64,000 nucleotides of DNA from Thainema sp. (GTDB lineage: Bacteria; Cyanobacteriota; Cyanobacteriia; Phormidesmidales; Phormidesmidaceae). The stretch spans positions 11,696 through 75,695 of the forward strand of contig JBQLZK010000035.1 in NCBI GenBank assembly GCA_052168235.1, given 5' to 3'. The notes beneath the pieces are model-generated. The model was not told where the DNA came from and made no database searches. It worked only from the letters and a program-made list of their open reading frames with translations. Numbering within the stretch: position 1 is the first letter of the stretch; every line of letters begins with the position of its first letter. Both the position numbers and the translations under genes were made by a program. Below, in pieces: positions 8,659 to 19,296 of the stretch.

Positions 8659-10347
8659 TTAGGAGGCGGAGGACATTCTCAAAACCGGCTGCTTGCCTTC
8701 ATAGACTTCAGGCGGATCGAGTTGGGGATCGTAGCCTAAGCCGTAGTCGTAGGGGCCAGATTGCAGCACCGGAACTTCCTCAAAGTTCTCAATGGCTGGC
8801 GGAGAAGTGGTCTGCCACTCCAGGGTGAGTGCTCGCCACGGATTAGCGGGAGCTTTAGCTCCAAAGCGCCAGCTCCAGATGGCATTGAGCAAGAAGGGGA
8901 TCGTTGAAACCGCCAAGATATAGGAGCCAATGGTCGCCATCATATTCAAGTCGGTGAACTGGGGATCGTAGAGCGCAATCCGGCGGTTCATGCCCATCAG
9001 TCCCAATTTATGCATGGGCATGAACGTGAGGTTCATGCCAACAAAGGTGAGCGCAAAGTGAACTTTGCCCCAAAACTCGTTCATCATGTGGCCTGTCATC
9101 TTGGGGAACCAGTGATAGATGGCCATGTAGACCCCGAACACGGAACCACCAAACAGGACATAGTGGAAGTGGGCGACGACAAAGTAGGTGTCGTGGACGT
9201 GGATGTCAAAGGGCACAGCGGCCAGCATGACGCCCGTTACACCACCAATCACGAAGGTGGCAATAAAACCCATGGCAAACAGCATGGCGCTGGTGAAGGC
9301 AATATTGCCCCGCCACAGCGTTGCTAACCAACCAAAGATCTTTATCCCCGTGGGGACGGCGATGGTCATGGTGGTGATCATGAAGAACATGCGTAACCAG
9401 GGGGGGGTACCGCTGGTGAACATGTGGTGCGCCCAGACGATTAGGCCCAAGAAGGAAATGACCAAGCTGGAATATGCGATCGCACGATAGCCGAAAATTG
9501 GCTTACGGGAATGAACGGAAATCACTTCGGAGATTGCACCAAACAGCGGCAGGATAAAGATATAGACCGCTGGGTGGGAATAGAACCAGAACATGTGCTG
9601 GTATACCACTGGATTGCCGCCGCCCGCCGGATCAAAAAAGGCGGTATGGGCAACCAAATCAAAGGCCAGCAGAATTAAGGCTCCAGCTAGTACGGGGGTG
9701 CCAATCAAAATCAGCAGGGATGTGGCCAACATTGCCCAGCAGAACAACGGCATTTTATTAAAGGTCATGCCGGGTGCCCGCATTTTGACGATGGTGACAA
9801 AGAAGTTAATTGCACCCAGGATTGAGGAGGTTCCACTCACCAGAACGCTCATGATCCAAATTAATTCGCCCACCAAGCCGCTTTTGATACTTAAAGGCGG
9901 ATAGGAGGTCCAGCCTGCGGCAGCAGCGTCATAAAAGAAGCTGCTAATCAGCAGAATACCGGACGGTGGGATCAGCCAAAATGCGATCGCATTTAGCTTC
10001 GGGAAGGCCATATCATTGGCCCCGATCATCAGCGGGATCAGGTAGTTAGCCAAGCCCGCCCCGGCTGGCACGATCCACAGAAACAGCATGACCGTGCCGT
10101 GGAGCGTCAGCAAATTGTTATAAACATCCGGCGTGACAAAATCTGGCGCAGGGGTGGCTAGCTCTGTCCGCATCATGGTGGCAAAGACACCGCCCACGAT
10201 GTAGAAGATGAACCCCGTCACCAGATACTGAATGCCAATGACTTTGTGGTCGGTATTGAAGGTGAAATAATCCGTCCACTTGCGCTCGGCATGATGAGCT
10301 GAATGCTCAGCCGCCGCAGGCTTTGACGGTAAATCAGTTTGAGTCAT
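8659..10347 (-). CDS. ctaD: Cytochrome c oxidase subunit I
   Basis: TDHKVIG, WFYSHPAVY, VWAHHMF and VAHFHY motifs. Confidence 0.98.
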   Translation of the reverse strand: MTQTDLPSKPAAAEHSAHHAERKWTDYFTFNTDHKVIGIQYLVTGFIFYIVGGVFATMMRTELATPAPDFVTPDVYNNLLTLHGTVMLFLWIVPAGAGLANYLIPLMIGANDMAFPKLNAIAFWLIPPSGILLISSFFYDAAAAGWTSYPPLSIKSGLVGELIWIMSVLVSGTSSILGAINFFVTIVKMRAPGMTFNKMPLFCWAMLATSLLILIGTPVLAGALILLAFDLVAHTAFFDPAGGGNPVVYQHMFWFYSHPAVYIFILPLFGAISEVISVHSRKPIFGYRAIAYSSLVISFLGLIVWAHHMFTSGTPPWLRMFFMITTMTIAVPTGIKIFGWLATLWRGNIAFTSAMLFAMGFIATFVIGGVTGVMLAAVPFDIHVHDTYFVVAHFHYVLFGGSVFGVYMAIYHWFPKMTGHMMNEFWGKVHFALTFVGMNLTFMPMHKLGLMGMNRRIALYDPQFTDLNMMATIGSYILAVSTIPFLLNAIWSWRFGAKAPANPWRALTLEWQTTSPPAIENFEEVPVLQSGPYDYGLGYDPQLDPPEVYEGKQPVLRMSSAS

Positions 10348-10441
10348 AAAAATCTAATCCTTATCTGCAAATCTCAATCTGCAAGGGGGCGGGTGGTGGA
10401 AATGTTGAGAGCTGAATTACGAGGATTGAGAGTTCAGTCAT

Positions 10442-10526
10442 GTAGGTTGGGTTGAGGAACGAAACCCAACAGTCCCTTTAGCTGTTAATCACAGTTGTTG
10501 GGTTTCGCAAGCTCAACCCAACCTAC
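10442..10526. repeat. GTAG-type REP doublet (REPIN-like)
   Basis: GTAGGTTGGGTTGAG..GAAACCCAAC / GTTGGGTTTC..CTCAACCCAACCTAC; same family as 8503. Confidence 0.78.
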
Positions 10527-10581
10527 GAACCTACAGACCTTTACAGCTTTTACGCCTCACTCTTCACTCCTCTCGCCTCAC

Positions 10582-11610
10582 TTACTCCTCACTACTCATC
10601 ACATGCGCATGTAGCTCAGCCACTGTATCTGCATCAAGCTGGAGCTGGTGGGCTTTGGCAAGTGGAGCGAGATAGTCGGCATCGCTTCGTTCTATCGAAT
10701 TAGTGGAGGCGATTTCGGTGTTGGTCGATGTGCGATCGCTATCGGGTAAACTGGCAATCTGAGATTGCAGCCACGCGTCATACTCTTCAGCGGAATGCAC
10801 CACCAGTTGCGCTTTCATGCCGCCATGATAGGCACCGCAGAGTTCGGCACAGACGATGGGATAGCTACCCGTCAGGCGAGGCACAAATGTTAGTTCAGTT
10901 TCCTGCCCCGGAATGATGTCCTGCTTGAGCCGCAGTTCCGGCACCCAAAAAGCATGGATAACATCTTGAGCCGACATCACGAGACGCACTTCACTATCGA
11001 TGGGCACATGCAGCTCACCGGACGTAACGCCCGTGCCGGGATAGTTGAAGATAAACGCGAACTGGAGCGCCTGCACGTCAACTGTTAGATCGACATCAGC
11101 TTTATGCTCAGGCAGAGGGCCAATGCCGGAAGCGGCCAGTTTGGTTCGCGATTTGACTGGCGCAAAGGTGCCGGGTGTAAACCCATCACCATCCGGCATG
11201 TAGGCTACCTCTACCGATTTAGGTACTGAGATCAGCTCGGCTTCTTCAGTATTGAGTCCGCCCAGTTCGGAATAAATCTCAAAGCTGTAGACCGAAATGC
11301 CGAGTACAATCACGGCGGGAATTGCCGTCCACAAAATTTCTAAGGGGATGTTGCCCTCAATGTGAGGGCCATCGGACTGATCTCCCTTGCGGCGACCAAA
11401 CCGGATAACGGCCACAATCAAGACTCCTTCGACAAAGATGACTAGTCCAACAGAAATGGTCATCATCGCGTTGAAGAGAGTATCGATCATTTCTGCTTCA
11501 TCAGATGCCGCCACTGGAAGCAAACCGTGGTTTTGACCGTACCAAAGGCTGACTAGCGTGATGAAGATGCCAGCCAGCATCGTCAAAATGGAACTTGGAA
11601 TATTCTTCAC
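10582..11610 (-). CDS. ctaC: Cytochrome c oxidase subunit II
   Basis: LEILWT, DVIHAFW and the CuA motif CAELCGAYHGGM; GTG start. Confidence 0.97.
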   Translation of the reverse strand: MKNIPSSILTMLAGIFITLVSLWYGQNHGLLPVAASDEAEMIDTLFNAMMTISVGLVIFVEGVLIVAVIRFGRRKGDQSDGPHIEGNIPLEILWTAIPAVIVLGISVYSFEIYSELGGLNTEEAELISVPKSVEVAYMPDGDGFTPGTFAPVKSRTKLAASGIGPLPEHKADVDLTVDVQALQFAFIFNYPGTGVTSGELHVPIDSEVRLVMSAQDVIHAFWVPELRLKQDIIPGQETELTFVPRLTGSYPIVCAELCGAYHGGMKAQLVVHSAEEYDAWLQSQIASLPDSDRTSTNTEIASTNSIERSDADYLAPLAKAHQLQLDADTVAELHAHVMSSEE

Positions 11611-12249
11611 AATTTACGTCAGAGTTACGTTTGCTAATTTGCGAATCACGTTCGAAATCAAACTTCAAATCCAAACTTCAGATCAAAGCAACAAGTAAAG
11701 CGATCAGTCAGGCAAGTACTCTGAGGGTAACGAGATAGAAGCGAAAAGGGGGGAGTTTTTTGGCTTCCGTTAACATTTGCCCTAATCACGTAGGCGTGTT
11801 CTAGTGTCTGGGGTGGCGAAATGTATCAAAAAACACTAGCCTTTATCATTTTTACCTTTTTTACTCAAACAGCCTGTGGCTAATATCTTCACAGGTGCTG
11901 ATGGTTATCCCTACTGAGGCTAGAGGGATGATTGCCATTTCGTTGCGTTAGAGTAGCTCTGGATGAAAGCACTGTATAAAGTTCTGTTGCGATCGCATCT
12001 CGTTCACAGAGTTGTAACAGTTGTTTAGGCAGTTTAGGCAATTACTAGCCACAATCCAAAGAAAAGCCTAAAACCTGCATTCATTCTTGGTTTGTCTCAT
12101 TAGATTAGTAGCGAACAGGCTACAACTGTGGAATTTTTAGTCCGTCTTGCGTCCTCATTCAGGATATCGGCTTGCTCAGCAGTCATGGCTCAGTCCACGC
12201 AACGTTTTGTGAAGCCGTTTCTTGATCCGTACCCATCCAAACCGACGTT

Positions 12250-12353
12250 TATAGCCTTTCTTAGGCTACTGAGATACGAGTTATTTTTTGGCAGTCTCGC
12301 TGTGCGAGACTGCCAAAAAATAACTCCCCTTCACTAGCGCAAGAAGCGCTATA
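12250..12353. mobile_element. MITE-like element with internal perfect 23-bp hairpin
   Basis: Imperfect TIRs TATAGCCTTTCTT / AAGAAGCGCTATA; hairpin arms 12278-12300 and 12304-12326. Confidence 0.6.
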
Positions 12354-12394
12354 TATCTGCATCTTGACGTTTGATAACCGCAAGAGATGATTCG

Positions 12395-13462
12395 ATGACT
12401 GATTTCTCTCCTCCTCCGAATTCAACCCGTCATCCGGCGACGCAGAAGTCTGCCAGCGCTCAGGCTTCCACATCTGCCAATTCCAATACCTCAGTGACTG
12501 CAACCGATGCTGCAACCGAGAATGCTCCACTAAAGTGGGTGCGCTGGCTGATTTGGAAAATTGCGATCGCAACTCTGATTCTGATGGCCATTGGTAGCGC
12601 CACCCGCGTCATGAATGCGGGCTTAGCCTGTCCCGACTGGCCGCTGTGCTACGGCACGTTGTTCCCCGGTCAGCAGATGAACCTGCAGGTTTTTCTGGAA
12701 TGGTTCCATCGGCTGGATGCCTCACTAATTGGCCTAGCGACCATCGTGCTGCTGGGGATCACCCTCTGGTATCGGCGCGTGTTGCCCCACTGGCTGCCTT
12801 GGGCGGCGGGTCTGTCGCTGGCACTGATCCTGGTGCAGGGACTGCTAGGTGGTCTGACCGTGACGGAACTGCTGCGATTCGACATCGTGACAGCGCACCT
12901 CGGTACTGCCTTACTCTTCTTCTCAACGCTCCTGGTAATTGGCTGTGCGCTGGTGCCCTACCAAGCGACGGGAACCACCGGACAACTGCCCTGGTGGAGC
13001 TTAGCGGCGGCGCTGCTGGTTTATGCCCAAAGTTTACTGGGTGGTTTAGTCGCCTCCCGCTGGTCGGTACACCAGTGTCTAGCCGGGGATCAGCTCTGCA
13101 CAATTCTGCGCAGTCACATCATGGGAGTTGCGCCGCCGACGCTGGCAACCATTGCGCTGATTATTTTGGCTAGACGAACTCCGGCGCTGTCGGTGGGGCT
13201 GCGACGATTGGCTCATGTAGCCGGACTCTGCCTGCTAGCTCAAATCGGTCTTGGCGTCTCCACCCTCAATCTGCAAGTGCAGATTGAGTTGCTTACTATT
13301 GCTCACCAGATGGTCGGTGCCACGCTGCTGGGAGCGCTGGTGTGCTTCACCACTTTGGCAATTCGCGATCGCGCCGTTGCTAAGTGCCGCATTCCAGTCT
13401 CCACAGGCACGGAACCCATGTCGGTTCAGCTAGCCCCCTCGCCGATCTCCAACGCATCGTAA
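12395..13462 (+). CDS. ctaA: Heme A synthase (COX15/CtaA)
   Basis: GLACPDWPLC, EWFHR and TAHL motifs; ATG at 12395 preferred. Confidence 0.95.
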   Translation: MTDFSPPPNSTRHPATQKSASAQASTSANSNTSVTATDAATENAPLKWVRWLIWKIAIATLILMAIGSATRVMNAGLACPDWPLCYGTLFPGQQMNLQVFLEWFHRLDASLIGLATIVLLGITLWYRRVLPHWLPWAAGLSLALILVQGLLGGLTVTELLRFDIVTAHLGTALLFFSTLLVIGCALVPYQATGTTGQLPWWSLAAALLVYAQSLLGGLVASRWSVHQCLAGDQLCTILRSHIMGVAPPTLATIALIILARRTPALSVGLRRLAHVAGLCLLAQIGLGVSTLNLQVQIELLTIAHQMVGATLLGALVCFTTLAIRDRAVAKCRIPVSTGTEPMSVQLAPSPISNAS

Positions 13463-13480
13463 TAAAGGATTTTTTTCAGA

Positions 13481-14482
13481 ATGCATGATTCGACCACTTG
13501 GACCACAACGGTTGCCCAACATTCGCGACAATGGCGACAGACGCTCCGCGACTATGTGCAATTGACCAAGCCGCGCATTATTCCCCTGCTGCTGATTGAA
13601 ACCGCTGCCAGTGTATGGATTGCTTCCTCCGGACAGGTTGATTTTTGGCTGCTGGTAGTCGTCCTAACCGGAGGCGCACTGGCCACCGCATCTGCCCAAA
13701 CCATTAACTGCATCTACGACAGCGACATTGACTACGACATGGAGCGCACCCGGCATCGTCCGCTACCCTCCGGTCGAGTTCAGCCCTGGGAAGCCGCCAT
13801 TTTTGCTGTCGTACTTGCGATCGCATCCTTCAGTTTGCTGACCGTTTTTGCTAATCTGCTCAGCGCTTGTCTAGCAATGGCAGGCTTGGCGGTTTACGTC
13901 GGCGTTTACACCTGGTGGCTGAAGCGATCATCGCCACAGAATATCGTGATCGGCGGTGCGGCTGGAGCCATTCCTCCACTGGTCGGCTGGGCTGCTGTCA
14001 CGGGTGAACTGAGCTGGGCCGCGTGGCTGCTGTTTGCGATTGTCTTTATCTGGACGCCGCCCCACTTCTGGGGTTTGGCCATGGTGATTCAGGATGACTA
14101 TGCCAAGGTGAACGTGCCGATGCTGCCCGTGGTCGTCGGCGACAAGGCCACTGCCCAGCAGATTATGGCCTACACGCTGGTCCTCGTTCCGACGACGCTG
14201 CTGCTGGTGTATCCGCTGGGTGTTTCCGGTGCGTTTTACGCTGCTGCTGCGATCGCACTGGGCTGGATCTTTATCCGCAAGGCTTGGGCGCTGCTGCAAA
14301 CACCCTGCGATCGCGATTTGGCGAAGTCGCTGTTTAAGTACTCAATTTTCTACATGATGCTGCTCTGTCTGGCAATGGGCATTGACAGCCTGCCGTTTAC
14401 CCAAGGTTTGGCCGCAACCATCAGTCAACACGTTGGTCAGCAGTTTGATGTAATCGCTGGTGCAATTCCGATACTGAAATAG
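13481..14482 (+). CDS. ctaB: Protoheme IX farnesyltransferase (heme O synthase)
   Basis: [23 protein letters not shown] and WTPPHFW motifs. Confidence 0.97.
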   Translation: MHDSTTWTTTVAQHSRQWRQTLRDYVQLTKPRIIPLLLIETAASVWIASSGQVDFWLLVVVLTGGALATASAQTINCIYDSDIDYDMERTRHRPLPSGRVQPWEAAIFAVVLAIASFSLLTVFANLLSACLAMAGLAVYVGVYTWWLKRSSPQNIVIGGAAGAIPPLVGWAAVTGELSWAAWLLFAIVFIWTPPHFWGLAMVIQDDYAKVNVPMLPVVVGDKATAQQIMAYTLVLVPTTLLLVYPLGVSGAFYAAAAIALGWIFIRKAWALLQTPCDRDLAKSLFKYSIFYMMLLCLAMGIDSLPFTQGLAATISQHVGQQFDVIAGAIPILK

Positions 14483-14497
14483 TAGCCAGGTCTTGTT

Positions 14498-14579
14498 GTA
14501 GGGACAGGTTGGCCACTAAACAATTGGTTCGATTTGTTTGAGACACAGTATAAAAATAATCCGTCAAACCTGTCCTTAC
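14498..14579. repeat. GTAG-type REP pair
   Basis: GTAGGGACAGGTT ... AACCTGTCCTTAC inverted arms. Confidence 0.55.
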
Positions 14580-14979
14580 CTAGCGACGATCATGTGCGAT
14601 CGCGTTTCGTGAATTGAATAAACCTGACCCATTCTGGAGGAGCGAAACGTTAACATCCTCCAGAATTTTGGTGTTTAAAGAGCTGTGCTTTAGGTGGGTA
14701 GCGTTATTACCACAGCCACCAATCTTGCAGCCTACAGTTAGTTAGATTGCCCGTGGAATCGAGGGTTTAGCGGTGCTAAGTGCGGTGAGTCATCCAGCCA
14801 ACGTTATTGCATTTAAAGTTTTGTTGGCATCAGTTTGGCATCAGTGATTGAGTGTAAAAGCTTTATGCTGGCATCCGGTTGAATAAACTTTCGATGAAAA
14901 CATGGCTGATCTTGGGGAATTTGTCAAATAAATCTGTCGAAGTAGTTATAAGTCCACCTAAACCCCAGGATGTAAAGCC

Positions 14980-15789
14980 ATGGCCAGTTCTCTTCTCTTA
15001 ACATGGACTGAATTCCTCAGAGGCAAAAAGTCAAACGACTCACGTTGTCATCAATCCGATCCTGGTGTCGATGAAAAAGGCGACGCTAATTCCGCCCCAG
15101 ATGGCACCCAGGCCATTCTGATGATTTTGCAACAGGGCGTGGTCGTTTGGAATCAGTGGCGATCGCAAAATACAGTTAACACTGATATTGACCTGCAAGA
15201 GATTAATTTCAGCGGGGCCAGACTCAGCGGTATTGACTTTCACGATGTCAATTTGAAGGGAGCCAATTTTAAGGGTGCTCGTTGTTTTCGGGCGAATCTT
15301 CGAGGGGCAAATCTCTGCGATACAAACTTCAGTGACGCTGATTTGAGTCTCGCGAAGCTCAGTAATGCCAAGCTGGCAGGCGCTAATCTGCATGGCACAA
15401 ATCTCAGTGGAGTCGATTTGAGTCACGTGTGCATCAGCCGGGCTGATTTGGCCAGCGTTGCTCTTGGTTATGCCAATCTCAACAATGCAACGTTAGATAA
15501 CGTCAATCTTTGCGGTGCTAACCTGCGAGGTGCTGATTTGAGAGGTGCGAGTTTGAACAACATCATCATGAGTAATGCCGACCTACAGGGTGCTGATTTA
15601 AGGGGAGCCAAACTCAATAATGTTGACTTGCGAGGCGTTAATCTACGCGATGCCGACCTCAGAGGCACTTATTTTCTCAATGTTGATCTAAGCAAAACTA
15701 ACTTTGAGGAAAATCAGATCTGGTTCAGCTATTTCTCTCAAGTGAGTTTGTCTGAGAATATGCCAATCGAGGCAGAATGCGATCGCTAA
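14980..15789 (+). CDS. Pentapeptide-repeat protein
   Basis: GVVVWNQWR leader followed by a long run of A(D/N)Lxx repeats. Confidence 0.9.
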   Translation: MASSLLLTWTEFLRGKKSNDSRCHQSDPGVDEKGDANSAPDGTQAILMILQQGVVVWNQWRSQNTVNTDIDLQEINFSGARLSGIDFHDVNLKGANFKGARCFRANLRGANLCDTNFSDADLSLAKLSNAKLAGANLHGTNLSGVDLSHVCISRADLASVALGYANLNNATLDNVNLCGANLRGADLRGASLNNIIMSNADLQGADLRGAKLNNVDLRGVNLRDADLRGTYFLNVDLSKTNFEENQIWFSYFSQVSLSENMPIEAECDR

Positions 15790-15834
15790 TCCTCTAAAAC
15801 AGCTTGAATAGATGATTTTGAAACAGGATGTGAA

Positions 15835-16023
15835 TTAATCAAGCTGCTGGGATCGATTTGGAATGATTCTTGCAGGTATGCCAACCGCTGTTAATCTAGG
15901 TGGCACATCTTCAAGGACAACCGCATTCGCCCCAATGACAGCATAATCACCAATCGCAACGGGACGGATGATTTTGGCTCCGGCTAATACTTTCACTGCG
16001 CCGCCGAGTTGAACACCTTCCAC
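15835..16023 (-). pseudogene. C-terminal fragment of a serine acetyltransferase-like hexapeptide protein
   Basis: AGAKII..V.IGDYAVIGANAVVLEDVPP..TAVGIPARII; 62 aa with no N-terminal part. Confidence 0.7.
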
Positions 16024-16115
16024 TATTTTCGCGATTTTCCTCTCCTTGAAAATTCAGTCTCAAGAAGGCTTGCTCTTAGAATAGGATTACCGATTTTCAT
16101 CCGTCCCCCGTTCCT

Positions 16116-19100
16116 ATGCTGACTAAAGCCCTGTCCCATTCGATTCGTCGCCATTTTTGGCAGTGGTTCACGCTGATTATTGGGGGGCTGCTGGGTATCA
16201 ACATTGTGGTCTATCTGCTGGCCGAGGGGCTGTGGTTTAACGAAGTTGGCTACCTGTTTGTCTTTGAACTGCGGCTGCTGACGCAGATTGTGCTGGGGCT
16301 GTTTACCTTTGGCTTGAGTGCCATTTGGCTGGTTGGGAATCTCCACTTTGCTAACCGCTGGTGCTACAAAGATCTGCCCGAGAAATATCTCCAGCCGGAA
16401 ATGATGGTGCGGGGTTGGCGGCTGCGATCGCTACTGCCGATTGCCATCGGCCTTGCCGTGCTGATAAGCGTCATGCTGGTTTATCAAATACAGGTGTCAG
16501 CAGAGTATTGGCGACCGAAGCTGACGCTGTATAGCACCACGAATGAACTACCGATTCAATTTCGACCCCAGGCGATTTGGGAGATTGGACAGGGGCTAAC
16601 AGCTTCCGCTTGGTGGGTTGGCCTGATCGTGATTGGGTTTGCGATCTCACTGATTCTCCACACTCACTTTGTTAGCTTGATTGCTGCCGTGCTGATGAGC
16701 CTGGGCTTTGGCTTAGTGATTTCCGAGCAGTGGATGAAGGTGCTGCCGTTTCTGCGTCCCACGTCCTTTGAGCAGGTTGATCCGCTGTTCTATCGCGACA
16801 TTGGCTTTTATATCTTTCGGTTGCCTATTTGGCAGCTCTTGGAATTTTGGTGGATTGGTCTGTTTTCGTTCAGCTTGGTTGTCGTTGCCTTTACCTACTT
16901 TACCTCTGGCAACAGCCTCAGCCAGGGCTATTTCCCTGGTTTGACTTTGACTCAGCAGCGCCACCTGTGCGCCAACGGTAGCGGCTTGCTGGCTGCGATC
17001 GCACTGGGTCACTGGCTGGGACGGTATGAGCTGATGTATTCGCCCCGTGGCGTGACGTTTGGCGCAAGTTATACCGATGTAAACGCCCAGTTGCCTGTGA
17101 ATACGGTGCTGAGTTTTCTGGCACTGGCGATTGCGTTTGCTCTCCTATGGCGAGCGATTTTCTGGGGTTTGCCGATTCAATCGGTGGGGCGGTGGTTTGC
17201 CAAAGTGATCCGCGATCGCAAACTATCTCTACCAGCGATGCCGCGCGAGCCGGAATCTGCCAAACCCGTTATGTATGGTTTGAGCTTCTATTTGCTGATT
17301 GCGATTGTGGGGGGATTACTGCTACCGGCCCTGTTTCAGCGGGTGGTGGTGGAACCGAATGAGCTGGAACTGGAACGTCCGTATATTGAGCGCACGATTG
17401 CCCTGACCCGCAATGCGTTTGCGCTCGATAGTATCGAAGACGAAGTTTTTATTCCTGAAACCAGTCTGACCTACGAAGATCTCCAGGAAAATCCGCTCAC
17501 GATCAACAACATTCGCCTCTGGGACACGCGCCCGCTGCTAGAAACCAACCGCCAGCTCCAAGAGATTCGTCTCTACTATGAATTTCTTGATGCAGACATC
17601 GACCGCTACCCGATTTTGACATCTGATGATGATGCCGCCCTGCGTCAGGTACTGATTGCTGCCCGCGAGCTGAACTATGAGCAGGTGCCCGACGAAGCAA
17701 AAACCTGGGTGAATGAACACCTGATTTATACCCACGGCTACGGCTTCACCATGAGTCCGGTCAACACGGCTGGCCCCAGTGGGTTACCCGACTATTTCAT
17801 TCGCGGCATTGACCAAATTCCCAGCAGCGAGCTGATCGCTCAAAGCATTCCGATTGGTGATCCCCGCATTTACTACGGTGAACTGACCAACACCTATGTC
17901 ATGACTCAGACAGAAGTGCGCGAACTCGACTATCCCAGCGGCAGTGACAACGTCTACAACACCTACAGCGGCAACGGTGGGATTAACATTGGTTCATTCT
18001 GGCGGCGTTTTTTGTATGCTGACTATCTGTGGGATTGGCGGATGCTGCTCACTCAGGACTTTATGCCGCAAACTAAGCTGCTGTTTCGTCGCAACATTGA
18101 GGAGCGGGTGAAAACGATTGCGCCCTTCCTGCGCTACGACAATGATCCCTATCTGGTAACGGCAAATCCAAATCAAAAAATGGATATGGATGCAGCGGCA
18201 CGGGCCATTAAAGGCGAGTCAGGAACGGATACCGAAAACTATCTGTACTGGATCATTGATGCCTACACCACTAGCGATCGCTATCCTTACTCAGAACTAT
18301 ATGGCGACGACTTCAACTATATCCGCAACTCCGTCAAGGTCGTGATTGATGCCTACCACGGCACGCCTACGTTCTATGTGGCCGACCCTAGCGATCCGAT
18401 TATTCAAACCTGGAGCAAAGTGTTTCCGGGTATGTTTCGTTCGCTGGATGAGATGCCCCGCCCGCTGCGCATCCACATCCGCTATCCCCAAGACTTTTAC
18501 AACGTCCAGTCGGATCAACTGATGACCTATCACATGACCGATCCGCAGGTTTATTACAACCGTGAAGATCAGTGGCGGGCACCCAATGAGATTTATGCCA
18601 ACGAAGCGCAGCAGGTAGAGCCGTACTACCTGATTTTGAACTTACCCAATGAAGAAGCTGCCGAGTTTATTCTTTTCCGTCCCTATACGCCAGCCGAGCG
18701 GAATAATCTGATTGCTTGGCTGGCTGCCCGCAGCGATTTGGACAACTACGGCAAGCTGCTGCTCTATCGGTTCCCGAAACAGGAGTTGGTCTTTGGCCCT
18801 GAGCAGATCGAAGCGCGGATCAACCAAGATCCAATCATTTCACAACAAATTTCTCTCTGGAATCGGCAAGGTTCTCGCGCTATTCAGGGGAATTTGCTGG
18901 TCATCCCGATGGAGCGATCGCTGTTGTATGTGGAACCGCTGTATCTACAAGCGGAGCAAAACCAACTGCCGACGCTGGCTCGCGTGATTGTGGCCTACGG
19001 CAACCGTATTGCAATGGCCGAAACGTTGAATCAAGCCTTAACTGCCATTTTTGACCCCGATACACCGGAAGCTCCAGCGATCCTACGAGAACTGGAGGAA

Positions 19101-19229
19101 GATATCGCTGAGGATGTCCCCATTGATCTCGATGATGCGGTGACGCCAACGGAAGAGCCAGAATCGGCTCCTTCGATCGAAGACTTACCTGATGAACCAG
19201 CAGGTTTACCGTTTGAGCAAACGCAATAA
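16116..19229 (+). CDS. UPF0182 family membrane protein
   Basis: WF.EVGY, NIRLWD, HLIYTHGYG and FNYIRNSVKVVIDAY motifs. Confidence 0.93.
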   Translation: MLTKALSHSIRRHFWQWFTLIIGGLLGINIVVYLLAEGLWFNEVGYLFVFELRLLTQIVLGLFTFGLSAIWLVGNLHFANRWCYKDLPEKYLQPEMMVRGWRLRSLLPIAIGLAVLISVMLVYQIQVSAEYWRPKLTLYSTTNELPIQFRPQAIWEIGQGLTASAWWVGLIVIGFAISLILHTHFVSLIAAVLMSLGFGLVISEQWMKVLPFLRPTSFEQVDPLFYRDIGFYIFRLPIWQLLEFWWIGLFSFSLVVVAFTYFTSGNSLSQGYFPGLTLTQQRHLCANGSGLLAAIALGHWLGRYELMYSPRGVTFGASYTDVNAQLPVNTVLSFLALAIAFALLWRAIFWGLPIQSVGRWFAKVIRDRKLSLPAMPREPESAKPVMYGLSFYLLIAIVGGLLLPALFQRVVVEPNELELERPYIERTIALTRNAFALDSIEDEVFIPETSLTYEDLQENPLTINNIRLWDTRPLLETNRQLQEIRLYYEFLDADIDRYPILTSDDDAALRQVLIAARELNYEQVPDEAKTWVNEHLIYTHGYGFTMSPVNTAGPSGLPDYFIRGIDQIPSSELIAQSIPIGDPRIYYGELTNTYVMTQTEVRELDYPSGSDNVYNTYSGNGGINIGSFWRRFLYADYLWDWRMLLTQDFMPQTKLLFRRNIEERVKTIAPFLRYDNDPYLVTANPNQKMDMDAAARAIKGESGTDTENYLYWIIDAYTTSDRYPYSELYGDDFNYIRNSVKVVIDAYHGTPTFYVADPSDPIIQTWSKVFPGMFRSLDEMPRPLRIHIRYPQDFYNVQSDQLMTYHMTDPQVYYNREDQWRAPNEIYANEAQQVEPYYLILNLPNEEAAEFILFRPYTPAERNNLIAWLAARSDLDNYGKLLLYRFPKQELVFGPEQIEARINQDPIISQQISLWNRQGSRAIQGNLLVIPMERSLLYVEPLYLQAEQNQLPTLARVIVAYGNRIAMAETLNQALTAIFDPDTPEAPAILRELEEDIAEDVPIDLDDAVTPTEEPESAPSIEDLPDEPAGLPFEQTQ

Positions 19230-19296
19230 AACGTGAAGGGTCAGGCAAATCGAGAATTCGTTTGATATCTCTTGATATCTCTTTCTTCGCAATGTT

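Noticed and set aside
12107..12123. NtcA box in the ctaC/ctaA divergent region
   Set aside because: GTA-to-TAC spacing is 10, not the canonical 8.
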